From: Vairimorpha necatrix
Taxonomy: Eukaryota
Direction: 5' to 3'
DNA length: 64,000 nt
NCBI GenBank assembly: GCA_036630325.1
Contig: CP142727.1
Location: 682,001-746,000 of the forward strand
Shown here piece by piece: positions 37,344 to 49,919 of the stretch. A program made the translations under genes and the position numbers. How positions within the stretch are numbered: position 1 is the stretch's first letter; each line of letters opens with the position of its first letter. Below the pieces are notes generated by a model. The model worked only from the letters and a program-made list of their open reading frames with translations, was not told the origin of the DNA and searched no databases.

Positions 37344-39008
37344 GGCAAAAATCAGCATCTTTGTAAAAAAAACTGGGGGTCAAAAATTTTAAAAAGTAGC
37401 CCCCTTTTTAAAAAAGGAACGTAATGATGATTAATAAAGAGAATGAAGATTTTTACGAACGTCTGCTAAACAAGAAATATAAGCAGAAAAGTAAAATATG
37501 TCCTTGGTATATGTGGTATTATTTACCACATTATTTTATTTTTATTTATTTCCCTCCAAATGAATTTTCTAGAAAATATTTTGCTATAAATATTTTCTTT
37601 TTACTTTACCAAAAATTTTTGGAAGATGAGAAGAACTGGAAACAAAGACAGATACAGTGACATCGGAAAGGCCTCTCATACCTTACCCTCTCACATGAGA
37701 AACCAATCTAGCTCACAAGGGAAATACAATAAACACAATTTAAATAAAAATATACTTAATAGTATTGCAGGGAGAGCATCATCGAATGCTACTTACAAAC
37801 AGGACACCTCCCTGGTGGTAACACCACAGTATACAAATATAGTTTTTAACGAAACTAGTCACTTGAGGTGTAAAGCAGAAAAGTACAGACATAAATTTCA
37901 GTTTGGAATAATTCATTATATGAAAACACTAGACTAGATCATTATCTGATTTAAAAATAATAAATTGTGGATAATGGGAATTAAAGTGTTACATATATCA
38001 AGAATTTTGGGATGTAATGTACAAAATGTAAGTTACACTTGCAAAAATTATGCAATTTAAATATTTATAAGAGGTATATAAATAATAGAAGCAGATAGGA
38101 GGCTAAGATGTCGTAGTATAGAATGTTGAGAGTAAAATTTGAAAAGATAGATATAATGGAGGAAAGCTTGTTAAGAAGGGGTTGGTGTTTTTTATGGGGA
38201 TGGTAAAAAGGATCGAATTAAAGAATATTGTTTTCATAATCAGCTTAAAACACAAGGGCATATTGCTTCCAATCATTCTAAAGTAATTGGTTTTAATTTG
38301 TCATCCTTTCGGATATTCGGAAGGTATATAACATTAAAACATCATTATGTGGTGTATAGAACTGTGGATCTTAGTCAAGAATTAAAGGATCAAATACAGG
38401 TGTCCATACAAATACCATCAAAGGGATTTGAAGGTCTTATAAATCCTCTGTACACAATAGAGTTTTCACGAATGAAATTGCTAAAATTTAATCAACTCTT
38501 TATATGATAAAATTATAAGAGTCAATACACCTTCAAAGCATTATTAAATTTTGTTTTGATATTTTTTAGTTATCAATGTCAAACGACGAAACAACGCTGA
38601 CAATAAGAATCACTAAATGTGAGTGATTCTATTCAATATATATGTGAAGGATGATATGATTGACAAGGATTGATTAATATTGAACATAAGCATATAGAGA
38701 ATTACTTCTACTTCTGCAATTTACTCTTTTCAGGGAAGACTTCGAAATGGTATTCCAAATATTTCTTATTTATTTATTTTCCAGCCCTACTCTTCATCAT
38801 AAGTCTAAAACACAATTCAAATAAATCTATGAATGATACTCCGTCTTCTATTTCAGGACCCCCGTGCCAAGCACACTTAATGTATATCTACACAATTTAC
38901 TTATTTATTACATTATAGGGGTTTCTGAAGTCTTTTTTAATTTTTTTTTAAATTGGCAATTTGTACAATTTTGATCCTTTTTTTTTCTACACCAATGCTG
39001 ATATAGCC
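37344..39008 (+). mobile_element. Highly degenerate Merlin-type element (family E)
   Basis: Imperfect TIRs GGCAAAAATCAGCAT../..ATGCTGATATAGCC; remnants KICP..RC, YNGGKLVK, GVHTNTIKGI; interrupted by the TG..CA element; no clear TSD. Confidence 0.6.
37512..37828. mobile_element. TG..CA element, 317 bp, TSD GTATA
   Basis: TGTGGT..ACCACA inverted termini; GTATA on both sides; interrupts the Merlin remnant. Confidence 0.8.
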
Positions 39009-39139
39009 TTTTGGCCTAATATTTATTTATGTGAAATTGATAATTTTTATTTTTAGACAAAAAGCTAAAATTTAACAATTCTTCTTAGTAAATACGCGAT
39101 TATGTAGTTATATTAAATGAATAGTAAAAAGCTTATACA

Positions 39140-39760
39140 TTTTGATAATGGTCGTGTGGAAATAAAAGTATGGCAAGGATATACTAATCTTAAGGAGATT
39201 CATAATAAGCCTGACATTCTTGTGTTTGACAAGAAGAAAGAAATTTTGATAGTTGATGTTGGTATAAGGATCAGGGAACAACTTACTTACTATAGTCGAG
39301 AATAAAAAACTATAAAAATATGCCCTTCTTACAGATGAAACGGGACTAATACATAAACCCCCACAAAAATAGTTCCGTTTTTAATGACATAGGATGTAGC
39401 GGCGACCAAATACCACAGAAAGTACATCGGAGAGTTATAATTCCAACCTTACCTTGAAGCATAAATCCATTTTATTGTGCTGAAGAAGACTCTAGAGACC
39501 ATATCCTTAGATCGGCGTTATGAAACGTTAAGGAGGATGCAGGAGAGGAAGAAGTCCCCGACATGTCGGCGCAAGAAAATATGGCGACTGTTAAAGAAGT
39601 GATGTTGTTGAAAGATCGTGGAACTGAAAAATCTGGATAGAAAAATGAAAATAATGTCACAGAGACTATAGTCTGTAAAGAGATGAATCTAATGAGTGAT
39701 ACCAGGGCAAGAAGATGTGTTGTAAACGTTAAAAATATATGAAAATAAACTCATTAAATT
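39140..39760 (+). mobile_element. Degenerate REL-LINE 3' fragment (boundaries approximate)
   Basis: HNKPDILVFDKKKEILIVDVGI; colinear with 34490-35110. Confidence 0.82.
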
Positions 39761-40236
39761 AATTCTGTTTTTTAATATTCGCTGAGATAATATACAGACA
39801 AGAATCGTCGTAATGACTTGGAAAGACTGACGATAGTCAGTTGGCAAATTAGTAAGCTTTTTCTGGATCGCAAGAAGAAAGAAGATTGCAGAATTCGATT
39901 CTAGAGGTAGAAGAACAGTTACAAGGAAAATCTAAAGATATTGTTTTTTTGCATTTTTAAATTAATGATTATGGTTACATAATTTAGACAAATTATCTTT
40001 TTAATTTTATTAAACATTTGTTTAAAGCATTCTTCTTTGTTTGATGGCGCGTTGATGCGTCATCAATGAAACGTTTGACAGTAGATGGTTCTGACATTTG
40101 GCGGCGTGGTGTAGGAATTTATCATATCCATAATTACAAAAAAGATGACAACACATCGGTCTAACGTCAAAAGTCCGATATATGTTGTTACATTTATAAA
40201 TTTAAAAATTAAATTAATTGTACCCTTTTATTAACT

Positions 40237-41058
40237 ATGACGATAGAGAACACCAAAGAAAACAAGAAACAGCTTAAAGAGCTGTTTTTATGTTATTACC
40301 CCAGCTTGGATAATCATAAGATAATGCAGTTATCTTATGATATCATAAGTAAGGAATGTAACGGGTCGCAAACAAATCTTCACAATTTCTTGGAAGCGGC
40401 CATAAGTAAATATAATGATATTCCTTATCATAATGCTACCCATGGGTTCAATGCATTATATAATGGGAATATCTTATTGAAACTTATGAATAAACCAAAT
40501 AATGAACGACAGGTCAAGTTTATTTTCTTAGTCTGTTGCTTATTGCACGATATAGGCCATCCGGGTGTTATTTGTTGTGGACACGAAAAAATTGATTTAG
40601 AGAATCATCATGCAGAACTCATAAAAAAGCTGTTATCGAAATTTTTGCCAGAGTACGTGACAGAACTTAATATAAAGTTAATAAAAGAGTTGATTTTATC
40701 TACGAATTTGAATTTGCATAGTGAGCTGTTAAATACATTTAAATACAAATATTTAGACCACAAATCTAAAAATAACATAGAACACAATTCAATCGATTTA
40801 ACAATGCTAATTAAAATTGCAGATATTGGAGCATCGTACAAAAAATTCGATGATTTCATGTGTGGAAGTAAAAAGCTTGAGGAAGAAATGTTTGGTAAAA
40901 ATACTAAATATACCAGTAAAAGACTTGAAAATAATGAATGCATTTTGATAAATTATTCCTTGCCACTAGCAGAAGTGTTTTCTACAGTTTTTACAGATTT
41001 TAAATTTTTACATGAAAAAGCCATTGAAAATCTAAGAAAAATAAAAAAAATACAATAA
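40237..41058 (+). CDS. Class I cyclic-nucleotide phosphodiesterase, catalytic domain only (273 aa)
   Basis: PYHNATH, LLHDIGHPG, LENHH, LILST, IKIADIG; CCC motif ~11 nt before the ATG; AATAAA overlaps the stop. Confidence 0.88.
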   Translation: MTIENTKENKKQLKELFLCYYPSLDNHKIMQLSYDIISKECNGSQTNLHNFLEAAISKYNDIPYHNATHGFNALYNGNILLKLMNKPNNERQVKFIFLVCCLLHDIGHPGVICCGHEKIDLENHHAELIKKLLSKFLPEYVTELNIKLIKELILSTNLNLHSELLNTFKYKYLDHKSKNNIEHNSIDLTMLIKIADIGASYKKFDDFMCGSKKLEEEMFGKNTKYTSKRLENNECILINYSLPLAEVFSTVFTDFKFLHEKAIENLRKIKKIQ

Positions 41059-41259
41059 AAAAAATTATTATAAAAAATACAAGTTCTTTGTTTCTATAAA
41101 TACATTTTTTTGAATCATTTTTTCGGGGTTTCCGATATAGGGACAATAAAAGCGCTAATAAACTTTAGAAAAAAAAAATCATAAAAGAGACTTCTTACAA
41201 ATAATCACTGATTGTTTATTCTAATTTATAAAATGTACGAAATACCACACAAATAAATA

Positions 41260-42290
41260 GTTTTCTGAGTGAATTCCCTGGCTTCAATTTAGATATTTAT
41301 AGCACAACTTGTCTTGGTACTGCTCATGGGATTCAGTTTTTTTTAGATTATGGTTTCTGCAGAATTATTTTCGTTTTTAAACTCAGAATTTTCAGCAACA
41401 TTCTTCTTAAACGACATTAAGTCTTTAACAGTCGCCTATTTACTAGTGAGCTTTCAGCTCTAGCCATTTATTCCCATCCTGTATATTCTTAAAGTATCCT
41501 TGTTGCGCTCGAAAGAGTTGGACTTTAAAGTTTTCTCTAGTACAACAAAGTATTTTATTTATGTAATTTTTGTCCTCCATTTCCTTTCATCTCTTAAAAA
41601 TTGGGATAATAAAAATATCAACAGAGTGGATGTACGCTTTAAGGCAGGGTTGTATTTTAAGCTCCCCGATGTACATTCTGTGATATTCGGTCTCCACTCA
41701 ATCTCGCGTCATTACTAAATATTAATCTTGTGAAAGATTTATCTATTCGTCTCGAATAATTTGCAAGAAGGTCAATTCCTTAGTTTTTATTCGCGGCTAT
41801 GTTATTTGCCCCTGTTGGTATTAAATTTTTATATGAGGATAATGTCTTCTTTTTGTCAAATACAAGAATGTCAGGCGTATTATGGGCCGCTTTTGTATAA
41901 TTGGATATCTTCCATCCTCTCTTATTTACGCACGATTATTTTCCATGATCTCTTTACTTAGTGTCAACGTATTGTATTATTCTTTTTAACCCGAAGTAAT
42001 TTCATATAAGAGTTCGATGCATCTAACCGCCTCGTTGTATCTTTTCATGTAATCAGCCCCCAACATTTGAAAAACTTGGTAGCTAAATGATCAAGGTCTT
42101 TCTGTGAGATCTTAATGAAGACATTGTTTCTCTTGTCAAAAAAACACTTCTATTTTTAAGGAAGCAGTAAATTGCTTCAAACCCAGTCTGATTGTTTGGT
42201 TTGTTTAGAAAATAGGCGAACCTGATGCTTACTAATTATTTTGCCTGCTTATGACTACATTTCATGGTTTGTCATATTGTTAATATCGTT
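41260..42290 (-). mobile_element. Degenerate REL-LINE 3' fragment (~1 kb, boundaries approximate)
   Basis: Colinear with 17570-18530; minus strand PDILVFDK and KRYNEAVRCI. Confidence 0.78.
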
Positions 42291-43344
42291 TTAAATTGTC
42301 TCTTACAAAAAATTGAAATTTTTTAAACTTATTTAATGATTTATCTTAAAAATTTGTTTTTATGAGCATTTTGATTTGGGTTCTGTAATATTATATACCA
42401 CATTTTTCGCGTCCTTCAAGTATTATATTTCCCCCTAATATATTATCTTTTTATCTATTTACTTTTCAAAAGATAAACTCAATCTCTACTTGCAGTTCAT
42501 AAAGTTCCTCTTTAAATTCACATGTTTAACTCTCAAATACCTCTCGCCGACCAGTACCAAGACCATCTCCAACTGACAAACTTGGCTTTTATAAAGTAAA
42601 TTTAAGACCTAGTGTCTGTAAATATGTTTACGTAAAATTTTAAGGGTAAAGAAGATATTTTAAATGTGTATCTTATCTTTTTTTAACCTACAATGTTAAA
42701 AATAGTTGTCTGAATCTAGACAAATTCTGGAATGTCAGAGAAAGTAGACACATATACTTTATATCAACACACATAAATATTCACTACGCAAGGTATTTGA
42801 CAAAGGAAAAATAAAACCTAAAATTGAGCATTATTACTACTTCTTAAAGCCCGTAGGGCAGTTTAATAGTACCAATGACGATTTATGAGGAGGCATTCGA
42901 ATTTTTTGAGTAAAAGCTTTATATCCCACTTTACATTAAAATTGTCCGGTACCAAGGTTATACAAAAATCTCGACGTATTAGTAAGTAAATTATATTAAC
43001 ATCATTGAATGCAACGCCTGTATATTATCAATCGTAAATGGTAACAGTTCGTTGAAAGCGTCATTTTCTTCGAAAACAGTCGTTATATGTTTTTATAACG
43101 TCATTTAGCATTTGAATGCTCCAAAACCACCCCAAAGAGGTATTGGTCGAAACGCATTTTGTATAAACGTCATAAGAAAAAATTCACTAAAAAATACCCC
43201 GGATTCAGACTATACATAAATGGAAGGTCTACGTAAAGCTCCAAAAAATAGAAAAAAATGTAGAAGATAAGGTAACAGGACATTTACACCTAGGACGAGG
43301 ACACAAAATACTTTTAAAAGAAGTTATAGCATGTAAACAATGTA

Positions 43345-44026
43345 AGCTCGGTTTTAATGATCGAAGGAATAATCTTGTGATTATGCACGGGCTTGTTCAA
43401 TTTATATTTATTCCTAATGTTTTTGCTTTTTATGATGCAGTTGGATCAACTCAGACGATTCATAAATTGTGTGCGTCCAGCCATGAGGGATTTGTCACCA
43501 TGTGAAAACCACAATTTGGGACCGCAAAAATTTTCTGTTGTGTTGACTTAGCGAAATATAAAGAATATGGTGGTACGCACTAGACGGATCTGTTACTAAT
43601 GCAGATCCTAGTTAATTTAAAAAAAGACGAAGTAAAAATTTAGAATAACTCGCAAAAGTTTCATATTTATTCTAGAATACTTTCTTTAAAACTGAAGCAA
43701 ACCTGTGGTCAACACTTCTAAGAAAGGTCTGGCTGAATCTCACGTGTAATAAGCTGTGAATAGGTTTAAGACGATTAGTAAGACATTTGGAGCTGAAACT
43801 ATATCTCTATTAAAGCGAAACTAATAATCTCCATTATTATAGTCGCTGTTAAATCATCCTTGGCCCAGATTATGAATAAATAAGAAAATGCATTTTGGAA
43901 CAAAGTCAAACGGATACGACATATACTGGTCACTCAAATTAAAGTAGAAACACTTATGTAAAAGAACTATGCAATGTTAGAAGTGAGATCAATCAGATGA
44001 TTTTGTATAGTTTAACTACCTCTAAC
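43345..44026 (+). mobile_element. Old degenerate SINE copy (start approximate)
   Basis: Shares TATGATGCAGTTGG..AACTCAGA, GTCCAGCCA, GTGGTCAACAC, GTGTAATAAGC and CAAAGTC..GGATACG in order with the younger SINE. Confidence 0.65.
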
Positions 44027-44807
44027 GGAGCTCTTAGCCCAGTGGTAGAAGGCGATTCTTCTATTGAGCAACAGCTAAATTCGATTCCCATTGGCACCAA
44101 AATTGTTTCTACTTTCTACGATGCAGTTGGAACAACTCAGATGATGAAAATGTCTACGATAATCATTAAGTTGATTCAATAAAACTTTTGTGTGTCCAGC
44201 CACAAGGGGATTATTATCTAGTGTAGAAACGCACCTCAAGGCCAAAGCAGTATTACCCTTGCGACTTAATGATTTATAAAAGTATCTAATGGGTACGGTC
44301 TAGTTGGAGCCCATGGATGGTGCACTTTAGAGTGCGTTCCTAGAGCTAACTAAGAGACTAGACTAAGTAGGGCAATAGAAGATCTCGTGAACACTATCCT
44401 ACAAGATTCGTATCAAGATGGCCACACTAGTTGGAGACTGGTGGTCAACTCAGCCCAATAAAACGCCGGGCTGGTGATGCAGTCGTGTAATAAGCCGTGT
44501 GTGCAATACAGATAATTGTGAGACCTTTGAGTCAGTACGATGATTTCTCTTTTCGAGTTATAGATAACCATGCTCGTTAAGTATATCCGCTGTGAGGTCA
44601 CTCTGGGCGTGATTTTAGGTATAAATGATAAATGTTCTCCTGAAGCCAAAGTCCAATGGATACGGCGGAACTTGCTGCCCGGCAAGCTGTATAGAGGGAG
44701 TTTTAGTGAGTAAAAATTTAAAAGTACCAGCTGGATGAGGATCACACCCAAAACCCCCTGGTCCCTATGTAAGGTTTCTCCCTACCTCTTACTTGCAAGA
44801 AAAAAAA
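44027..44807 (+). mobile_element. tRNA-derived SINE with TSD
   Basis: A-box TAGCCCAGTGG; B-box-like TTCGATTCC; ends TTGCAAG-A(n); TSD AACTACCTCTAAC (44014-44026) / AACTACCTTTAAC (44808-44820). Confidence 0.85.
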
Positions 44808-45064
44808 AACTACCTTTAACTTGCCACGGTCAAAATAAAAATAGTCTTTTGTTGACTGATATTTGAACGAATAACAAAAAAGTATAGATTTCATATAAGT
44901 CACTGTGGTATTCCCCTCTTGTCTAGCTTCTTCGTCTAATCCAACGCGGACAACTTTTGACTCTTATAGTACAATTTTTCATTTTCAAGGTTGTAGATCA
45001 CAAAAAGATTTTCGTTTACATTATATCAGCGTTGTAAAATTATAGTCATATCATTAGTTGACTG

Positions 45065-46088
45065 GGCTGAAGTAAGCATTAGCTACAAAAAATCGATATA
45101 GGGTTTTTTTGTTTTTTTTTGCCCCTTTTTTTAAAAAATGGAGGAAAGAATTCGGACAAGAAAAGAATTGGAGATCATATATAATGATCTAATAATTAAG
45201 AAAGAAAATAAAAAATGTAGCGTCTGTAATCAAAAAATGTAGCAAAGAGGGGAGCAAAGAAGTCTCATAAGGTGTCCATGGAGCTCATGTAAAAACACAA
45301 TTTCAATTTGGAATGGAACTTTCTTTCAGGATTCTAGGCTAAATCACATCAAAATATCACAAATAATAAATTTATGGATTCTAGGTTATACACGTAAGTC
45401 CATTTCTCAAGTTTTAGGTTGTACTAAACCTTCTATATCTTCCGTGCTAAAAAAGTTAAAAGAAATGAGTCTTTATGATAAGTATTTATCTAGTATAGGG
45501 ACTATTGGAGGCGATAATCTTATAGTGGAAATTGATGAGACTAAGATTGGGAAGAATAAATACAATAGGGGGAAGTTAGTAAAAGGATTTTGGTGTTTTG
45601 GAATGGTTGAACGTACCATCCAACGTAGAATCATAGTAGTATATATCAAGAAAAGAGACGAAAGAACACTTACTGAACTTCTTTTAAAATATGTAAGTAG
45701 AAGCAGTATTATATATAGCGATATGTGGAGAGCGTATCATTCTTTATATACAATATTTAACCAACATAATATGGTTGATAATACATTACATTTAGAGATC
45801 CGAATACAGGAGTACATACCAATACCATATAAGGTAATTGGAGATCTCTAAAACATTCTATACCAAATAGAAACTGATCATCTAATAGCGCTAAACTTTA
45901 TTTATTTAGATATTTGATCCAAATAAACTTTAAAACACCAGTTTTTGAAGCTTTATTGAAATATTTATTCTAGTTTTTATTTTTGTTCCTTCCTCATCAT
46001 TTTCTTTCCTCCATTTTTTAAAAAAAGGGGCAAAAAAAAAAACAAAAAACCCTATATCGATTTTTTGTAGCTAATGCTTACTTCAGCC
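45065..46088 (+). mobile_element. Merlin family A, complete ends (1024 bp), transposase disrupted
   Basis: ~85-bp TIRs starting GGCTGAAGTAAGCATTAGC; perfect 8-bp TSD GTTGACTG; DDE remnant 45444-45851. Confidence 0.94.
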
Positions 46089-46720
46089 GTTGACTGTTTT
46101 CGTTCTTGCATAAAAAGATAGATTTAATATCAACGTTTGAATTTTATATTCGAATCTGGTATTTGTTTAAATGACTGAACAGTTTAATTTATAGTTTTCA
46201 TTGTATTGAAATTGTTTTATTAAAAAACTTCGAAATGATTAAAACTTAATGTTATTTTATCTTACCAAGCAATCAATCTTTAATTTATATTTTTACCAAG
46301 AAAAACAAAAGAATATTAAAGTCTTAGTTATTTTAGTTTGATTTTACACTTTAACATCGACAATAAAATATATTATTTTCGTTCTATTAGAAAAAATTTA
46401 CTTATTTATATAATTATAATCTTTTTAATTGGATTTTATTGTTCACCTGTCAAAGTCAAAAATTTCTCCCGCCGATGTATTTGATGTTTTTTTAATATAA
46501 ATATCATTATAAACTGCTAGAAATACTGAAATTTCAAATCAAATCTTGATTTATACTTCTAACAAATCTTTTAACATAATGATTAAAACAAACGATTTAC
46601 TACTTTTTATTGAATGTTCTAACATTCACATATTTTTTAATAACATGATCTCCAAATATTTCACTTAAAATATTAGATCTGTGATGTTTAGAGCATAGAC
46701 AAATATTAATATAATCTACA

Positions 46721-47066
46721 TTAAAACAAGTATGATGTCTTTGCAATCGACTGGGCAGAAGATATGGGGTTTAAACTGAATAATTCCAGACTTAATTACT
46801 TGTGACGGAAAAGTGACTAAGTTTCACAAATCATACACCACAAGACCTGACATCCCTATGAAACTAGAAGTGTACGTGAAGATGTTCACGACGAAGAAGA
46901 CGCTAGAAAGCATTTCTCTGGACCATCGAAGGAGAAGAGACAAAGCCGATGTGGGAAGGACTATGGAGTCTAAAAGCTACATAAAAGCAGGAGACGCCAA
47001 CGCGGCACCTATCAAAGGCAAACTACAAATATTAACTACATTAAGCAACCCCTAATTAAATTCATT
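46721..47066 (+). mobile_element. REL-LINE 3' fragment (duplicate of 1551-1900)
   Basis: Perfect TSD TATAATCTACA at 46710-46720 and 47067-47077. Confidence 0.78.
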
Positions 47067-49919
47067 TATAATCTACACTAGATTTTAATCTAGCATTGTT
47101 ATTGTTTTGAAGTTAATCAATACAGTAATTGCTTTTCTTATTATCAATACATAAATTTGGCCCAACTACAGATTTTGCTACAAACATCGAGTTTTCGTTT
47201 ATGGTTTGTAAGTCGTTTTCTAATTGGCAAATTTGCAAAGAGCGAAGTCAAAAGATCTCGTGATTCTAAAAAATAATGACAAGTTTTTAAAATGGAATTA
47301 AATAAATAAAACTGTGGTATCCACCACTGAGGAAAGTATTTAAAATATTTTTATTGTTAATATTGTTTTTTCTTTTAATATTCCGTACCCCTCTTCGGAT
47401 AAAATGATTAAATAAATGTTGGGGAAACTGGACGAATTTAACGGGAAATATTTATAAACTATTTTTATGATATTTGTGATACCATAAAAATCTATTCATA
47501 CTATTACAAATACGTTTTACTAAAATAAACTACAAAATTTAATATATAAGGGTTTCGCAAAAATTGATTAAACAATATTAAAATAAGTGTGTTTTATGAA
47601 ATACTACTTTATTTTCTATAATGTAAATATGCATTTTTCTTTCATATTATACGAGAAAGGAAAAGAAAGAGTACTACCGAAAGCTGTTAATGAGAATCAG
47701 TCACTTTAAACAATCTTCTACATAACATGGCTGCTCCGAAAAGTTAAAAATTTTTACTTAGTACACTAGTAATTTCTTTCTTTAGACTTTTTAGTTGTTT
47801 TGAATTCGCGCATTTGGAAATTTTTCTTATATTTATATCGATTATAAGTTAATATGTACGTATTTTTCGAAATATAATCAACATCGATAAACAGTTAATT
47901 CAACTGTTTTTAAATTAATTTTACAATTTTTAATAATACACAAAAACCTACACCTTTTATTATTTTAAATCATTTTACATTCAAATTTCACTTTTAATTT
48001 GCGTAGATTAGATAATTTTTAATTATATTCGTTATTTAATTTTTATAAGGTATTAAAAAAAATTCTACATTTCCAAGATACTCGTGGTTTCTATTATTTT
48101 TAATTGCAAATGCTTAAAAGTTTTTATTTTAACTTTTTAACCCCTTTTTCCTCTGCTTTCTATGTTTAGAATTAATATTTTTTATCCCCAACTTAAATAG
48201 TTTTGTCTCGTCGAAACATGTCTAATCATTTCAACCGAATGATTATACTCATTTAGTATTGGATATCTACCATAAGCTGTTTTCGTTGTTCCTTAATAAT
48301 TCCCTATCTTAGGTAAAATTTTTCTTTTTGTTTTTCTTGATCTTTTTCGTTTTTATAGTTTTTTAACTAGTTACTAGTATTAAATTTAAAAATATGGGTC
48401 AAAAAATATAGAAAAAAATCACCAAAACAAACGTCTCTTTATTAACCACCAGAAAAGAAGTTCTGAAGAAAGAAAATGTTACAAACACAATGGTGTATTC
48501 TGTCGTTTAAAGACTGATAATCCAAAAGAATTACTAAGGACTACAAAAAATTATGCGAATAGTGTTCTCTAGATGTGTTTTATCATTCATAAAATTTGGC
48601 GGTATCTTTTGAGGTTAATAAAGAAAGCTGCAGGGTGTTTTCTGTAAAAAAAACTGTGCATATATCATCTTATCAGCATTTATAGTTAAAGGTGCAAGAC
48701 AAATGACAACTATTAATTTATATTACCCTACTTGAAAAAGAAAAAATTAATTTAAGTCGCAATAATAGAAAATATATTTTGGGATTAACTTTTTTAAAAA
48801 TGCATAAATTGTTTACAAGAAACTTAATATAATTTACAAAGAATGAGTCAACGGATTTTAGAAACGGATACGTTTCATAATTGAGTTTTCTTCCGTAAAA
48901 TTCGATGTATAAATCATGAAAAAAAATCCTTTGACAACTAAATTTTATAACGTATCAATTTATAGAATATTACAAACCAAGCCGAATGGCTAAAGCATGA
49001 TAGATAAAAGTAAAATTTTATTCTTGAAAAAGATGACTGCCATAAACAAAATTTTTATTTAATAAAAAGCTTTTTAGAGAAAGTTTCAGATACATTAAAA
49101 TATAAATATATGATGATATTATTTTAGTACCCCTGGACCTAATTTATCAATACAAAGTTCATGTAATAGCATACGTCATGACATAGGCAGAATCGTGATA
49201 ACATACCACGTCAAGTATGTATAAGACCATAAGCTCATCGACTGTTTCCACAGCTTATATCAAAATTAGAGTCATAAAAAAGACATTGAAGAGCTTCTAC
49301 TCTGTCAACTGCTTGGCTCGCCGTTAAGGATCTTCAACTAAGAATATAATGAAAGTAGCTAGAATGTGGTGTGACCAGTTAGAAGGGCGGCAGTAGATAA
49401 CCAGTGAAATTCAAATTAAACAACAGCTATAATAAATGCTTTTTAAAAATAAAATTGCTGTTTGTAAATCGAAGTACTCCCAATTTTTTCGATCTTTATT
49501 GAGAAAGGCTTTTATTACATGAACAAAATCCAGGCCTGTTAGAGGTAATAAATTTATAAATATACTTATTCTCTATAGAAGAAAGCTTATAACAACATAG
49601 ACGTCCAAATTAGGACACTATTGAATAATGAACCTCTTTTGATAATCAAATAGAACTAACTTGAATTAAAAATAACAATCTGATGATTGCAGTAGTTTTG
49701 CAAAAATATCTCACTGAGTACCTTCTTAAAATACAAGATGAGACTTTCGAGCTTTCTAGAATGTGTATATATAAATAATGATCAATCCACAGAAAATCGC
49801 AGGCTTTTAAGATCTTCAGTTTTTTATTTCGAAATCTATGTACACTAATTTATCTAAAACATCTATAACAATATATCTAGATGAAAACTCTTGGAGCATC
49901 AAAACACAGAAGGATTACG

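Noticed and set aside
37626-37937. 103-aa ORF as a host gene
   Set aside because: Chimeric: it starts inside the TG..CA element and runs into the Merlin remnant; the frame is not kept in the 35228 paralog.
43030-43320. Additional Merlin remnants (also ~17090-17200)
   Set aside because: Only faint motif resemblance, with no TIRs or TSD found.
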